DNA of 64,000 nucleotides from Camelus dromedarius (taxonomy: Eukaryota). The stretch is from positions 43,402,001 to 43,466,000 of the forward strand of contig NC_087437.1 in the NCBI RefSeq assembly GCF_036321535.1, given 5' to 3'. Each line of letters begins with the position of its first letter. Positions within the stretch are counted from its first letter, which is position 1. The position numbers and the translations under genes were made by a program. This document shows positions 26,850-39,549 of the stretch, piece by piece. The notes under the pieces are model-generated. The model was not told the DNA's origin and made no database searches. It was given only the letters and a program-made list of their open reading frames with translations.

Positions 26850-27560
26850 TCTATTAAATAAGAAGTAATGTATAAAGGATTACATTGAATAAAAATCACA
26901 TTATCCTAAAATATATGGGTTTTTTGTAAGTTTCATCTTTCATTCTTATTTTCTATTATTTAATCATAGTATCATAAAATACGCTATTTTATTTCACTTT
27001 TCATTATATCGTTAAAGTATTTCATGCTCCTATATAATCTTTTAATGACCGCAAAAAATGCCACTGGGTTGATGCATTATAATTCACTCAGCTATTCCCC
27101 TTTTGTTTGACATTTAGTTTACTTCTATTTTTTTTCTCATTATAATACTTTAATGAACATCTTTGGGACTATTGTTGTTCTTTCTTACTGGATTGTTTCC
27201 CTAGGATATGTACCTGTGAGTGGGATTGCTAGATCAAAAGATAAAGACATTCATGTAATTGTTGCTATCCTTTTGAAAACAGATTGTAAGTGCCATTCTG
27301 TTCCAGACTCATCAGGTACAAAAGAATGTTTTTGTTAGTTTTATATAAAATGACTCCTCTGCTTTAATTTGCCTGGGTGGAGGTGGGAGTTATTTCAAAT
27401 TAGTGTGAATATCCTTCCAATATTTGAACACTATAATTGGCCCATTTATATTTTGAAGAATATCAGTTATTTATTATCAATTTACCTAAGTTCTTTTTGG
27501 AGAAATCAATTTTTATAATTTGATCCGTATATTTTTCCCAGTCCAGACTTTCCCAATTTC
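26850..27560 (-). mobile_element. Ancient L1 (L1ME-like) 3' region
   Basis: 'attataattcactcagctattccccttttgtttgacatttag...ccctaggatatgtacctgtgagtgggattgctagatcaaaag'. Confidence 0.72.
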
Positions 27561-27659
27561 TATAGTTCAGTTGTACTTATTACATACAACTCTACATAAA
27601 ACATCTTATTAAATTAAGCTATATCAAATCTCTACTTGCAGCCTATATTTAAGAATATA

Positions 27660-27856
27660 TTCGTGGCTAAGGCTCTGGGCGTTGTACTCACATGAAACTT
27701 GATTTGAAGCCCAGCTCTCAATCTCTCAGTGTCCTACTGGTGACTTAAACCTCCGGTTTCCTCATCTAGGGATATTGATAACTTCAGTATAGCAGTGGTG
27801 TGAGGAGTCAACATAAAGTGCCGAAGCGTTGTATTCAACAAATTTCAGCTATTCAC
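27660..27856 (+). mobile_element. MIR SINE
   Basis: 'tgatttgaagcccagctc...gacttaaacctccggtttcctcatct...gtggtgtgagga'. Confidence 0.6.
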
Positions 27857-28649
27857 TGGTTTAGATAATTAGCCAAGCAAGTCAAGGTAACTATTTTACT
27901 TTAGTTCATTTTATCATCCACTGGTAGATTCACCAAGAATGTGAGCTGATAGTTTTGGATAATTTCAAAGCAGAAATGAAAATATAGAATGCTGAAATCT
28001 TTAGTGGAAATATTGACCAAATACATTCCCACAGGAAGTCGTTTTAGCTCAAGGTACTGGAGAGTTTAAGTCATTGCTCACGGGTATCACTGAAACACCA
28101 TTTAATTTTAACTATACGTCACATGAAAGCAGGGATCTCATTTCACTCAATGTATTACATCTGTTTCTCAGTGATTAGTGTCTAGATATGTCTTCTGTTT
28201 CTTACATTGCTATGCAAGGGCATGTTTCCATGTGCTGTTTTAATGTTGTTAGCTGTGTCGTTTTCTTAAGATATAGAATTAACATATCTATGTAATAGTG
28301 TCTACTCTTTGCATTGTATACCATGGTGCCAAGCATATTTTCTTACATATAATCTAGCAATAATACACATATTTATGTAGCACTTTATAATTTTTGAAGT
28401 ATTTTACAGGCATTTATTTTCTCTTCAATTAATAAGTGTTGCTTGACTAAAATCTTACACATATTGGATGCCATAATACAGAAATCAACTGCCATGAGGT
28501 TTTCTTTTGGTTTCAAGTAAGATGATTTTAACAGTTGAAACTTTTGTACTACACTTACGATTTTCAAAACACCTTTGTCCTAACATTTTTTTTTTGAAAA
28601 GTCCATTTTGATATTCACCTTAACATGTCAGGAATAGAGAACATGTATT

Positions 28650-28795
28650 AGTGTCCTTAATTTACACATGAGAAAATTAAGACTTCAAGGCATTAAATAA
28701 CATGTTGCATAGTCATATGAATAAAAAGTGAGATAAATAAGTTTAGGACCCAGGTCTCTAGTCAGTAGGCCTGTTCTAATAATTCCCATGTGCCA
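28650..28795 (-). mobile_element. MIR SINE
   Basis: 'atttacacatgagaaaattaagacttcaaggcattaaataac...gtttaggacccaggtct'. Confidence 0.6.
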
Positions 28796-29513
28796 TTCTT
28801 GGGTTTGTTATAAATGTAAATTCCAAGAATGAGGTACTCTGGTTTCTGAGGATTAAAAGAAAATAGAAAATTTTGCTGAGAAACATGCCAAGAAGCTTTA
28901 TTTAAAATAATAAAAAATAAGAAATTGCACAATTTCTATTTTTAATATTTAATTTAATTGTTCCAATTATACTATTTTTTCCTTGAGAAAGAATAAGGCT
29001 AATGGGAAAAAAGAAAATGCTCTTAGGAGAAAAAAAAAATTCCAAAAGCCTCTCTATTATTCTAACTCTACCATGTACCTTTAAATGCTTGGTCCATAGA
29101 GCTAATGAAAAGCCCACAGAGAAGGATGTCATATGTAGTAAATTTAGAGTAAGAACAGTTTATAAGGTGAAGGATGATTGATCATTCTAGAGAATAAGAA
29201 AATTTAGGAATGAAGAGTAGTGAATGAACTGATTGATGGTCATAGCCAGACATACCCTGTATCAACTTCTGACTCAAACTGCTGCCTGTCATATTGGTAA
29301 GGTTGACCCCAATTGGTAATAAGAGTGGTTTCATCTCTATTGCTGCCATCAGTGTCAGTGAGGGCAGTGCTGTTATGTACCTGTAACATTTAAGTACCTT
29401 ATAAATATAAGACGCTATTTTTGAAGTTAAGTTTTGATTGCAGTTTATTTTGAAAAATACATTTTAAATTCTGGCTCATGCGTTACATTCCCTTGCCACC
29501 ACAAACTTTTCTT

Positions 29514-29528
29514 TGTTGCCTGGCAACA
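29514..29528. promoter_or_regulatory. Palindromic RFX X-box motif
   Basis: TGTTGCC-T-GGCAACA fits X-box consensus GTNRCC(N0-3)RGYAAC; lies in unique sequence; function unproven. Confidence 0.45.
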
Positions 29529-30034
29529 TGATACGGTACAACAGGAACCCATCTTGTAAAAAGTATCAGTCACTAGATAAATGAAAAGTATGTGGACAGT
29601 TATCTAAAGATACTAGATAGAGTTATAATAATAGACTTTTGGAGTTCTTCTTTCTCATAAAAACATTTTTATTTCCTATTACCCTTATTCGGAGTTCTTT
29701 TCATCATAAAAACATTTCTGTTTCCTATTATCTGTATTTCTCACTACTCATTTCTTTTAATTCATCTTCATATTTGAAGGGCAACGTATCACTTGGACTT
29801 ACATGGGCATGCCAGGACGTATGTCAATTGGCATGTACTAAAGAAGTGACTAGTAAGTTAATTTACATAAAGCATGACTACAGGGCACCCTGGCCCCAAA
29901 TCAGTTGTTGACTTATTCCTAATTTGCCCTGAATATATATATGGGCTGTGAGTGGAGAGTATTGTTCTCACTCTGCTCGGTAAAACACTTCTGGAGTTCA
30001 GTTTTGAGTTCAGTGTATGCTCAAAGTCTTAGTG

Positions 30035-30652
30035 CACGATTTCCTTAAATGTGTTTCATGGACCTCCTGAATCAGAAACACCTAGATCTTTGTTTGAAAT
30101 GTAGATCTATCCCACAGTTATTGAATCACAATTCTTGGGGCTGGAGTCCAGGAACCTGATCTCAATGCCCATCTTTCTACCTTCCTCTTGGTTCCTATGC
30201 TCCAGCCTATTTTAGTCTCTGACTCATGCCAAGTATGGCTCCACTAGAAGCCATGCACAGCTCTTCCTCTGCCTGGATCTCTCATTTCCCAACTTTCTTG
30301 TGAACGATTCCTTCTGCGCATTCAAGTCTCAGTTCAACACTCACTTCCAGAGAACAGAGTTCACTGAGTCCCTAAAGTAAGCCCTTACTCTCACCCAAGA
30401 TTTTCTTTCTCATTACTATGTCTTATGTGTATCAAAATAGTTAGTAATGTCAGGTATTATTTATTTATTTTTAACATTTAGTCTTTGTCTCTTTCTGCTA
30501 AAATTGAAACTTCACTAGCACAGGAATTTTTCTCTGCTTTGCTCACTGCTGTGTTTGCAAAAGGTGCTCCAACAAGTACCTGTAGAATAAATGATATTTT
30601 TAAATAAGCTCCTCAGGTCACTGTCACACATCCTCAAAACTGACACCTTAGG
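30035..30652. mobile_element. MER5A-like hAT-Charlie MITE split in two (30035-30158 and 30595-30652)
   Basis: Left half ends 'attcttggggctggagtccaggaacctg'; right half resumes 'tatttttaaataagctcctcaggt'. Confidence 0.7.
30160..30594 (+). mobile_element. LINE-2 3' region inserted in MER5A
   Basis: 'cacagctcttcctctgcctggatctctc...attcaagtctcagttcaacactcacttcc...aggtgctccaacaagtacctgtagaataaatga'. Confidence 0.8.
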
Positions 30653-31291
30653 GCTAGAGGATGTCTCAGGACTATCATATGTTTCTCAGTTAAAACTAAA
30701 CAATGTGATGTCTGAGGTGATTCCAGTTCTTCTGCTTAAGCAAACCTTCTCAGAGGTAAGTCAAGTCTAACTGAACCTTCCAGGAGTACTCAGGTATGTC
30801 AAGGAGCCCTGTGGCACTGTGAAAGTTCACTGGCTGGGACCGAAGATCCTGGCTTTGGGTCCTGGCTCTGCTGGTTTATTATTGCCTTCATTAGGCCAAA
30901 TAACCAAAGATTTGTAGACTTTAGGGACTTCACTGTGATGTTTTATCTCTCCCAGTCTAAACTCTGAGTGTGTAAAATGAGAAAATGAGACCAGATTAGT
31001 AACTCATACCAGATTCTACAAAATGCTAATTCATTAAAACCTAAATACTGGCTCACTAAAAATAGTGTGAGAAATTGCAAAAGCCATACCATACAAGCTT
31101 TGCAATTTCTTGCGTTTTCTGTGGAAAATATACATTGAGAAGACAAAACAAGTTTTAAAAATTTCCCTTTGATTGTTATTGACACAGTATTAACATATTT
31201 CAGATGACTTGAATGAATCCGCTCAAAAAAATTTCATGTATCCCTGAAGTCATGCATTTGGTAATAAAATGACTTTAAAAAGATACTGTTA

Positions 31292-31722
31292 TGTTATGGG
31301 TTGAATTGTGCCTCCCCCAAGTTCATATGTTGAATTCCAAACCTCAGTACCTCAAAATGTGACCCTATTTGGAAACAGGATCATCACAGCTGGAATTAGT
31401 ACAAAGTTAGGTTAATAAAGTTACGGTGAGGTCATATAGGAGTAGAGACTAGTGTCCTTATAAAAAGGAGAAATTTGGACATCAGGAGAAGCACACACAG
31501 AGGGAAGGCAATGTGAGGAGATGCAGGGGTACGGTGGCCACATACAATCCAAGGAGCGAGTCCTTGTATAAATCCTTCCCTCACGGCCCTCAGAAGCAAC
31601 CAACTCTGTCAACACTTTGATTTCAGACTTCTGGCTTCCACAAACATGAGACGATAAATTTCTGTTCTTCAGGCCACCCAGTTTGTGACCTTTTGTTTCA
31701 GCAGCCCTAGCAAACTAGTACA
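31292..31722 (+). mobile_element. ERVL-MaLR solo LTR (MLT1B/MLT1C-like)
   Basis: TG...CA ends: 'tgttatgggttgaattgtgcctcccc' to 'gcagccctagcaaactagtaca'. Confidence 0.92.
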
Positions 31723-33976
31723 GAAGGGTCTAAATGTTGAAATCTGGTCTCTTGGTCTATGTGGACGCTTAGGCCATGGCCAGATGAATTCCTCCGGGCA
31801 GAATACCAAATGTCTGAGTGGTCCTGAGGCGTGGCAGAGCAACTCAGTGAGCAATCTTCCCCAGACGATTTTCTTTGGTTCTTGTGCCCTAAAATAGCTG
31901 GCTTAGCTCAAGTCTTGGAGTAGATCCCAAAATGACATTTCAGTGAACCTTCCTTTACTCTTCTAGTGTATTTTACTTCAACTGAAATAAGCAAAGATTG
32001 GAAGAAATTACAAATATTTGGAAAGATAAAAGGCAATGAAATTACTTTGAAACACACTTAGTACAGCCCCATAAGGTTGACCAAACAACATTTTGGGCAA
32101 AACTGCCTAGATGTTTAAAGTGGATGTTAGAAGTAGGTAATATAGAAAACTGAAGCGAGTCTTCCCTGAAATTACTGCTACCATTGCCAGTGTTCTTTGA
32201 GGATTGGCTTAATGCAACTCCTACCTCTTCAGCCTAACACAGAGGTCAGAGCTTTAAATGGCACTTGTAACAAATGAAAGACTAAAATTGCTCTTGTCAC
32301 TAATTAGTTCAGATGTTACTTCAAATTGACTTCAGCCCTGTTATTGAATCAAGAAATCCAGATTTGAGGGAATCAACTGTGAGAATGCTACCAGTTCAGA
32401 AAATGAGATCACCAGGGTTTTTTTTTGCAGTAATAAAAGGAATTAGTGCCCATTTTTAACTTCTATTTAACTCTAATCTCATGATCTACGAGGGTTGACA
32501 AAAATACGGAAATAATGATAATAGGAAAAATACTCAAGGCTTAAATCCAAAAGCTTGTAAACATTTCTATGACATTTCCTGTGTTTTGGTTCCCAGTTTG
32601 CAATTCCTTTCTGCATCTCTCAGCCCAGTTTACCTTAGTAGAATAATATCATGTATAACTCCATCATGGTCACCACCAACTTCATTTTCACCAATGAAAC
32701 AGCCATTCAGTGCCTTATTCTCCTGAATCTGTGCAAAGAGTAGTATGCAGACCCCACTCCGCCCTGTAGTTACTTATAATAATGTCCTTATATTGAGAAT
32801 ATACAATGCTGTGATGCTGTTGAACTTAGCAAATGACCTAATAATTCTTTTTGGTTTTATCAACAAAGGGGGTCTTACTTCCAAATTCTCACTTCCTTTG
32901 AAAATTAATGAGATTGTCTATTCATCAGGGCTTTACTGCCAAATATTCCAAAATGCCTTTCCTTATCAATACCAGTGTTTGAAAGTGCATTTTCATTTTA
33001 TTAAAGCTGGTAGTTGCTACTCGGTAATGTGACTAGATCAACAATAAAAATGTACAGCTGCATTTTGGGAAAGCTCACTATTTTTCTACCGCCTACAATA
33101 AAAATTAGATACCCAATTACTGAATATGCCCACTTTTGAGTAGCTTCATACGCTCAGTTCTTATTTAATTTCCAAATATATAAGAGACTTGGGGACACAA
33201 GCATTGGAGTAAACAGGAACAAGTCCATAAAATATAATCCGTATAGTCTGATGACCCCAGTCCAGGGGCTGGGACCAGAAGTCATTAGAGTTTGCTTCTT
33301 TGTGGGAAAAGGGTTACAACAAATGGCAGATCCTAGTTTAAATGTTCTTTATTTGTGTGGAGTGAAAGGTCTGTGTGAGTTAGGGACAAGCTCATTCTCA
33401 AAAAAAGAGATGAAGGTGCCGCATGTTTGATTCTCTTTTCTACCATGTTTCTGTCAATTCTTTACAATAACCTGCTGTGTTTTCTTACGAGGTCCCATAG
33501 CTGCTATTTTTAGCCAGTTCTAGGATGAATGAAGAAAAAGAGCAGGTTGCTCTGACTCACAGGAAAAAACAGGGTAGAAGGGCTTTACCTTCTTATAAGA
33601 ACTCTATATATCATGACTTCCAAGGAATACTAATATTTATTCCAATAATTACTAATGTTGCTTCCAGGAAGAAGCTAACCTTTTCTCCTGTATTTTTTGT
33701 TCCCTGCTCAGCCTCTCTGAATTCCATATACCAATAGTTCTGTTTTTAAAATTTATCCCTAAATAATTTTTTGTTTAGTACTTTCTTCAGTTGGACTGAT
33801 CAGTTCTGCACCTCTTTTTTGTTCTTGTCCTTCAGTACCACTGCTCTCTCCTCAGCATCTTCCTACCTTCCCTGCCATTTCTACCTGTCATCCCTGTCAT
33901 CTTATTTAATCACCTCTCAACCTTGCTCTCTCTGTCCATCTTTGTTACTCAATCCACTTTTATTTTTTGCACTTAG

Positions 33977-33991
33977 GATGCTGAAGGAAAG
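33977..33991 (+). CDS. Candidate 15-nt microexon of an unidentified host gene (DAEGK in phase 0, or xMLKEx in phase 2)
   Basis: tttttTGCacttAG|GATGCTGAAGGAAAG|GTAAGG; AG-free pyrimidine-rich stretch 33856-33974; length is a multiple of 3. Confidence 0.4.
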
Positions 33992-34614
33992 GTAAGGGAG
34001 GAGAGACCAGTCAGCTGATTGGCAAGAATCTTCGTGAAGTGGCACTTAATTTGGTGAATGCATCAGGCTTTGGCTCAGCTAACTGCATTCCTTCACATCT
34101 CTCCCAGGTTGTCACTCGTTAACTAAGCCCACAGAGCCTGAGGTATAAGGCAGCTGTTATCACAGAATGAGAAAACCCAACACTCACATCAACTGCTATG
34201 ACAGCATCAGCATGACTTACACATTCCTTACCTTTGGGCAGAATCTGTATGAGAAATCACATGCTGTCCTCAAAACAACCTGAGTCAGTTTTTTTTTTTT
34301 TTATAAAGAAATGATCCTTGCCCCAAGAGAGCTTGAAAAACTCTTGTCCACTGTAAAGCTACCTTTGACAACAGTATCATAATGCTTCAAGTCTGTTGTC
34401 AAAACCCCTCTCCCATGGGCAGTGCTTTGAAGGGGCATTCAAGGTTGATTTTTTTCTCTGATTTTTTTCCCCCATATCTCCACGTCTGAGCATTCTCCTT
34501 TAGGATTGATGCTTTAGAAAAAAAATCATGATCCTACATTGAGTCAAGTCATAATCCAACCCAGGAGTCCTCCGTAAGTTTACAATGACTTTGCATTTCT
34601 TTAGTCTTACCCCC

Positions 34615-35175
34615 TATAATGGTTAGAACGTGTCCAGCCAAAAGTAACCAAAAATCCCATTCACAGTGGCTAAAAGCTTAAAGACATTTAAAAAGAAGTC
34701 TGAGCATTTGCAGTCTCAGGACAAGTATAGGAAGCAGCTCAGTTATGTCATGGAAGACCTTCTTCCTCCACCCTTCCTTTCTTCCATGCACAGTGTTTTT
34801 TTGGTTTTGCATCTCATGATTCTCACAGCTTCAAGTACTCATAGAAGAGCATACCATTCAAGAAGGGAGAGGCAGGGCAAAAAGTCTTTCTCACCTTTCA
34901 CCTCTCTCTTATCAGAACCATTCTTGCACCCCATCTCGTCCAGGCTCCTCCACTGTCTTTATTTCTCTTTGGGCAGACCTGGAGCACCAGCTCAGCTCTA
35001 AACAAATTCCTGGCATAGAAGAATAGGACTGGCATAACTCGTTTAGAATCATCATGATCCATCCATGGCAGCTGGGCATACTGCCCAGGATGTGAGCAGG
35101 GAATGGATTCTCTTAACCAGCAAGAAGTAGAAATGGCTGTTAAATGGGTAAGAAAGAAAACCAAACCACACCCCA
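34615..35175 (-). mobile_element. Ancient ERVL-type solo LTR (LTR33-like)
   Basis: 'ggttagaacgtgtccagccaaaagtaaccaaaaatcccattcacagtggctaaa' and 'gctgggcatactgcc...ccagcaagaagtagaaatggctgttaaatgggta'. Confidence 0.55.
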
Positions 35176-35874
35176 CAGGGTGATTATATAGTTATACTCT
35201 TAGGAAAATGTGACTTCCTTTATTTTTCAGTTCTTTGGGTGCTAGGCAACGTGACAATTTTCTCCATGTACTGTTTACCTTCCTTTTCGCATCCAGATTC
35301 TGCCTGTTAACTATTTTCTCTACTCTCCCTATCTTGGGTAAATACATTAAAAAAAGAGATAGGTCAACAGTACCTTTGTAGAAAGATAGATTTTTGTTTT
35401 ATGCCAACATACTTAAGATTGCAACTGGTTTGAAAATTTTTGCAAATAAGCATGCAAATGTTTATATGACTTGAATAACAATTCCAGTTAACATTGTTCC
35501 ATTGCCTTAAAATTTTGTTTTTCAGAATGTCTTAATCTATTTTGAATATTATTTGATGCAGCTAGTATCATGAAAGTTGTTTACTCTATTGGCAACTTGA
35601 TTGTAATGGCAGTTCAAGCAGTATGTGTCTTCTTGAGATAATGTCATTATAATTTAAAGGGAAAATTAGTAAACAACTCACAGCTGTTTGGTAGGAAAAG
35701 TGTGTGTTTAGTTATGAATATTCATAAATATTTTATCCTACTAAAATATATTAATTTCATTTTTCTTAAGAAAAATTCTAAAGTATTTTAGAATATATCT
35801 AAAGTTTAGAATTTAGATCTTTTTGAGTCTGTTGTATTTTCTTATTGAAAATATTTTTTCTAAGCATATCTTGA

Positions 35875-36220
35875 TTTTTAATAGACTTTTTTAGAGCAGT
35901 TTTAGGTTCATAGCAAAACTGAGGAAAGTAAGTACAAAGATTTTCCATAAACTCCTAGATCCCACACATACATAGCCTCCCCCATTATCTACAGACTCCA
36001 TCAAGTAGTACCTTTGTGACAATTGATGAACCTATATTGACACATCATTATCACTCTAAGTCCATTGTTTATATGATGGCTTGTTCTTGGTGGTGTATAT
36101 TCTGTGGGTTTGGACAGATGTATGATGACGTGTAATTACCCTTATAGCACCATACAGAGTCGTTTTACTGCCCTAAAACTCCTCTGTGCTCTACCTGTTC
36201 ATCCCTCCCTCTTTCCTATG
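35875..36220 (-). mobile_element. L1MC-like 3' end
   Basis: 'ttagagcagttttaggttcatagcaaaactgag...tgacaattgatgaacctatattgacacatcattatcac...actgccctaaaactcctctgtgctctacctgttcatccctccc'. Confidence 0.9.
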
Positions 36221-36395
36221 TACTGATTTTTGAAATGTTAAAAAAACTTAATAATTGATATACTCTGATAGAAAACATTTTTTAAATCAGTAAAAATATA
36301 TTGTCTCTATGACTTATATGCATTTTAGAAATTGTAGGTGATTCAATACCCTAATATATTCAATGTCAAAACATAGTATGCCAAATTCTACAATT

Positions 36396-36599
36396 CAGGG
36401 CTGTCCACATGAACTTCTGTGATGATAGAAATGCCCTCTGTCTGCACTGTCCAATATAGTGGTTACTAGCACAGGTGTCTATTGAGCACTTGCTATGTAA
36501 CTAGTGTGACCAGAGAATTGATGTCTCAGTTTTACTAAATTTTAAATTTAAATTTAAATAGCCACATATGGCTCGTGGTTACTGAGTTGACTGTCACAG
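36396..36599 (+). mobile_element. hAT-Charlie MITE (MER3-like)
   Basis: 'cagggctgtccacatgaacttctgtgatgatagaaatg...ctgcactgtccaatatagtgg...aatttaaatagccacatatggctcgtgg'. Confidence 0.9.
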
Positions 36600-36899
36600 A
36601 GCTAGAAAGAAATATGAAGTATAAGGGAGAATATTTCTATCATATATTATTGAAAGTTCTAGATGTCCCCTCGCAGAATGTGGCAATGGTCTCCAGTACA
36701 AGGAACCCCAAATACCAGGATACAGAAGAATTACCTGGAGAACCAGTTTTACATGAAGCTCCTCAACACCAGAGATGCTTCATCAGTAGGTTTGGAACGG
36801 GCTCTAGGATCAGGTGACTCTGACACAATGTTCTGAGATCTGCCTGCGTCTCTTGCCCTGCTGGTCCACAAAAACCAGCATCAGCAGCTCTCACTTGTG

Positions 36900-37219
36900 T
36901 AGTGCCATTCAAACATTTCTGCCTTTTTGCCCTCAACTCCTAGTAAGAAATAAATGTATCATTACCCAGAACACACACACCTAGATATGTATGTATGTAT
37001 GTACATGTTTGTATACTACATATGTATACATATATAATGTGTATGAATACACACAGAAAATACATAAACTTCACAAAACCGTATTTACCTTCATTAGTGC
37101 GATGAGCTCTGGTCTTTTAAAGTATATTCAGCTTTATTCAGTTTTTAAGAGTCTGGTGGTGACCCATTTAAATGATTTATGACTCAGTAATGTGTCAGGA
37201 CTCAAATTAAAAAACATTG
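36900..37219. mobile_element. hAT-Charlie-type MITE (subfamily not assigned)
   Basis: 'agtaagaaataaatgtatcattacccag' and 'gtgacccatttaaatgatttatgactcagtaatg...aaaaacattg'; related to 40604-40794 in the opposite orientation. Confidence 0.65.
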
Positions 37220-38406
37220 CGTTGGATAGTCATGAGTCAGACCCTGAAGCTGCACACAGGACCTCAGGGCAGAGCCACAGAGACAGCAAATGGAGAATGG
37301 TTTTTTGTTCAACCCTGCACTAAGCCGTGGGCAACACTGCACGGCTAAGAAATTTCTGATTCAACAAATGCACCAGTGGCTCTTTTTCTTTTTTCTTTAA
37401 AGTGATTCAGGAATAAACCATATATTAACTGCCATAAAAACCAAGCATAAATGTCTCATGTAAGAATTATTTTCATAAGTAAAATAGGCTTATCTTTTTT
37501 TAAATATGATGGTGAATATGTCCCAAAATAGATATAGGGGTGAGTTTTATGCTGAACACTAAATGAGTAGTTTTAATACACTCTCAGGTATGTTACGTTA
37601 GTTTTTAATGTATTCTTTCATTTTTATAGACCCAGAAAAAGCTAGAATATGTTAATAGCACACATATAGTCTAAAATTCTGTTCATTCTAAGAACCTAAA
37701 AATTTATCATAGATCATTAAGCCAAACAATGTAGCAATGTTTGTGCTTACTTGTTAAAAAAAAATTCCTGGAAGATATTTCTTTTTACAACAATCTTAGT
37801 CTGTTTTTTTTTCCTTTCCTGTTGGAATGGATCTTAATTTTATCCATGTGGGTTACAAATCTGCAGCAATTAAAATTAATGATTGTGTGGTATAATAGGA
37901 CAAGAGGCTATTCAATCCCTGGGGGATAAATGGTTCTTCATTATCATTTATTATTCCTCCTGTTTCTTGTTAAAATATGTAAATAAATAGAACAGGGACA
38001 TCTTACAGGCATTTTCATTACTTTGATGTCACTGGGACACAGTTTAATACTCTTGTATTGTGGTCTCTACACAGTTGGATCCCATATTCAGTGATACAAC
38101 ATTTTCATAGAAATGTCTTAGATATGCTGTGGGAGCATGTAAACTATCTTAAAATTCAATTCCTCTTGAGTTCACTTGTATATGGCCAAGAAAATTCACC
38201 CATTTAGTTATTCATGTTACTACTTGCAGTTTGTAAAAGATACACGATGTGTGCACTAAATGGTCTATTCTGTGCTGACTCTTTTTGCAGCATAATGTCG
38301 GATGGAATTTGGATGTATGATTCACTTCCCTTGTTGCAGCAGAGACAAATGATTATAGCATGAGTTGAATAGAGCTACTAGTGGCTAGGGCAAATGTTAA
38401 GAAAGG

Positions 38407-38407
<1 letters not shown>

Positions 38408-38458
<51 letters not shown>
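38408..38458. repeat. (TG)n microsatellite with one interruption
   Basis: Direct observation. Confidence 0.97.
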
Positions 38459-39549
38459 ATCTTTGTGTATCCCTAAGAATGTTACGGTAACTTTTCATCA
38501 GTAGATGGAATTGCAGGTCCCAGCCGTGTTTTTTTTTTCCCCTAGTAATACTTTGGCTTTATTCAATACAGAATATATGTAGATGCATAGTTCAGCATAG
38601 CTAAGGGTAGCGCAAATGTTCCATTCAGTAATTTAATTGTAAAATGTGTGAGTGTGTATTTGTGTATGCATATACACACACATAAGTGCACACAAATCAA
38701 TTTAAAGCAAACATTTTTTTGTTTCATGCTTTTATAAGTAAATATTTCACATCAGTCAATGTAAGTGGATTGCCATAAGGATTTTGCATGTTTAACTCTT
38801 ATGGAAAAATTAAAATAAATTAGAAAACGTATATGTTTCATATTTTACTTAAAAACTTGTGAAACACAGACAGTATATTGATAGATATTAACTTACTAAG
38901 ATTTTCTTTTGTGTGACTATTTCCATATTTAACCCTGATAAGAAGCAAAAAAGCCTTAATTAGAAATGCATTAACTCTATTTTAAAACCCATTAGAATTT
39001 AGTTTTCTGCCTTACATCTGATGGCAGAATTTTAAGCTTATGCGTGATTCATTCCTCTTTTACAGTGAAACATTTTGTTTAGCAAAGGACCCAGGCAAAA
39101 TTAGGTGACAGCATTAATCCTTTACTTCTCTCCACCATCATCTAATTCCTTGGCTTTAGGTTAGAATTAGGAACATGTGCTTTGCCTGAAGGGAATGGAC
39201 TTTTTTTGTTTTTAAAATTCTGAACAATTTTTGGAACACCATGAACATTTTGCAAATGTCAAATAATTATAATAATACAAAGCAGAAGGGCAGACCAACA
39301 TCAACAGCTTCCTGAGGAAATGTCTGAAACTTTAACCTTACAAAGAGGAAACAGAAGAAGGACGAAAGCTGACAGAATTATGCATCAAACCTTCAAAACT
39401 ATTAGATATAAAAAAAATTGATTTTAAATGAAAGTCTAATGTTTGTGTTTCTCTTTCATTTTTTACATGCTCACTTCTGTGGATTTTTCTGAACAAAACA
39501 ATTCATTTTTCCTACTCCTAGGCTCTTAAAAATTATCTGGCAACCAGCC

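Noticed and set aside
37323..37346. AGCCGTG/CACGGCT hairpin
   Set aside because: A 7-bp stem is chance-level in 64 kb; no RNA-gene context.
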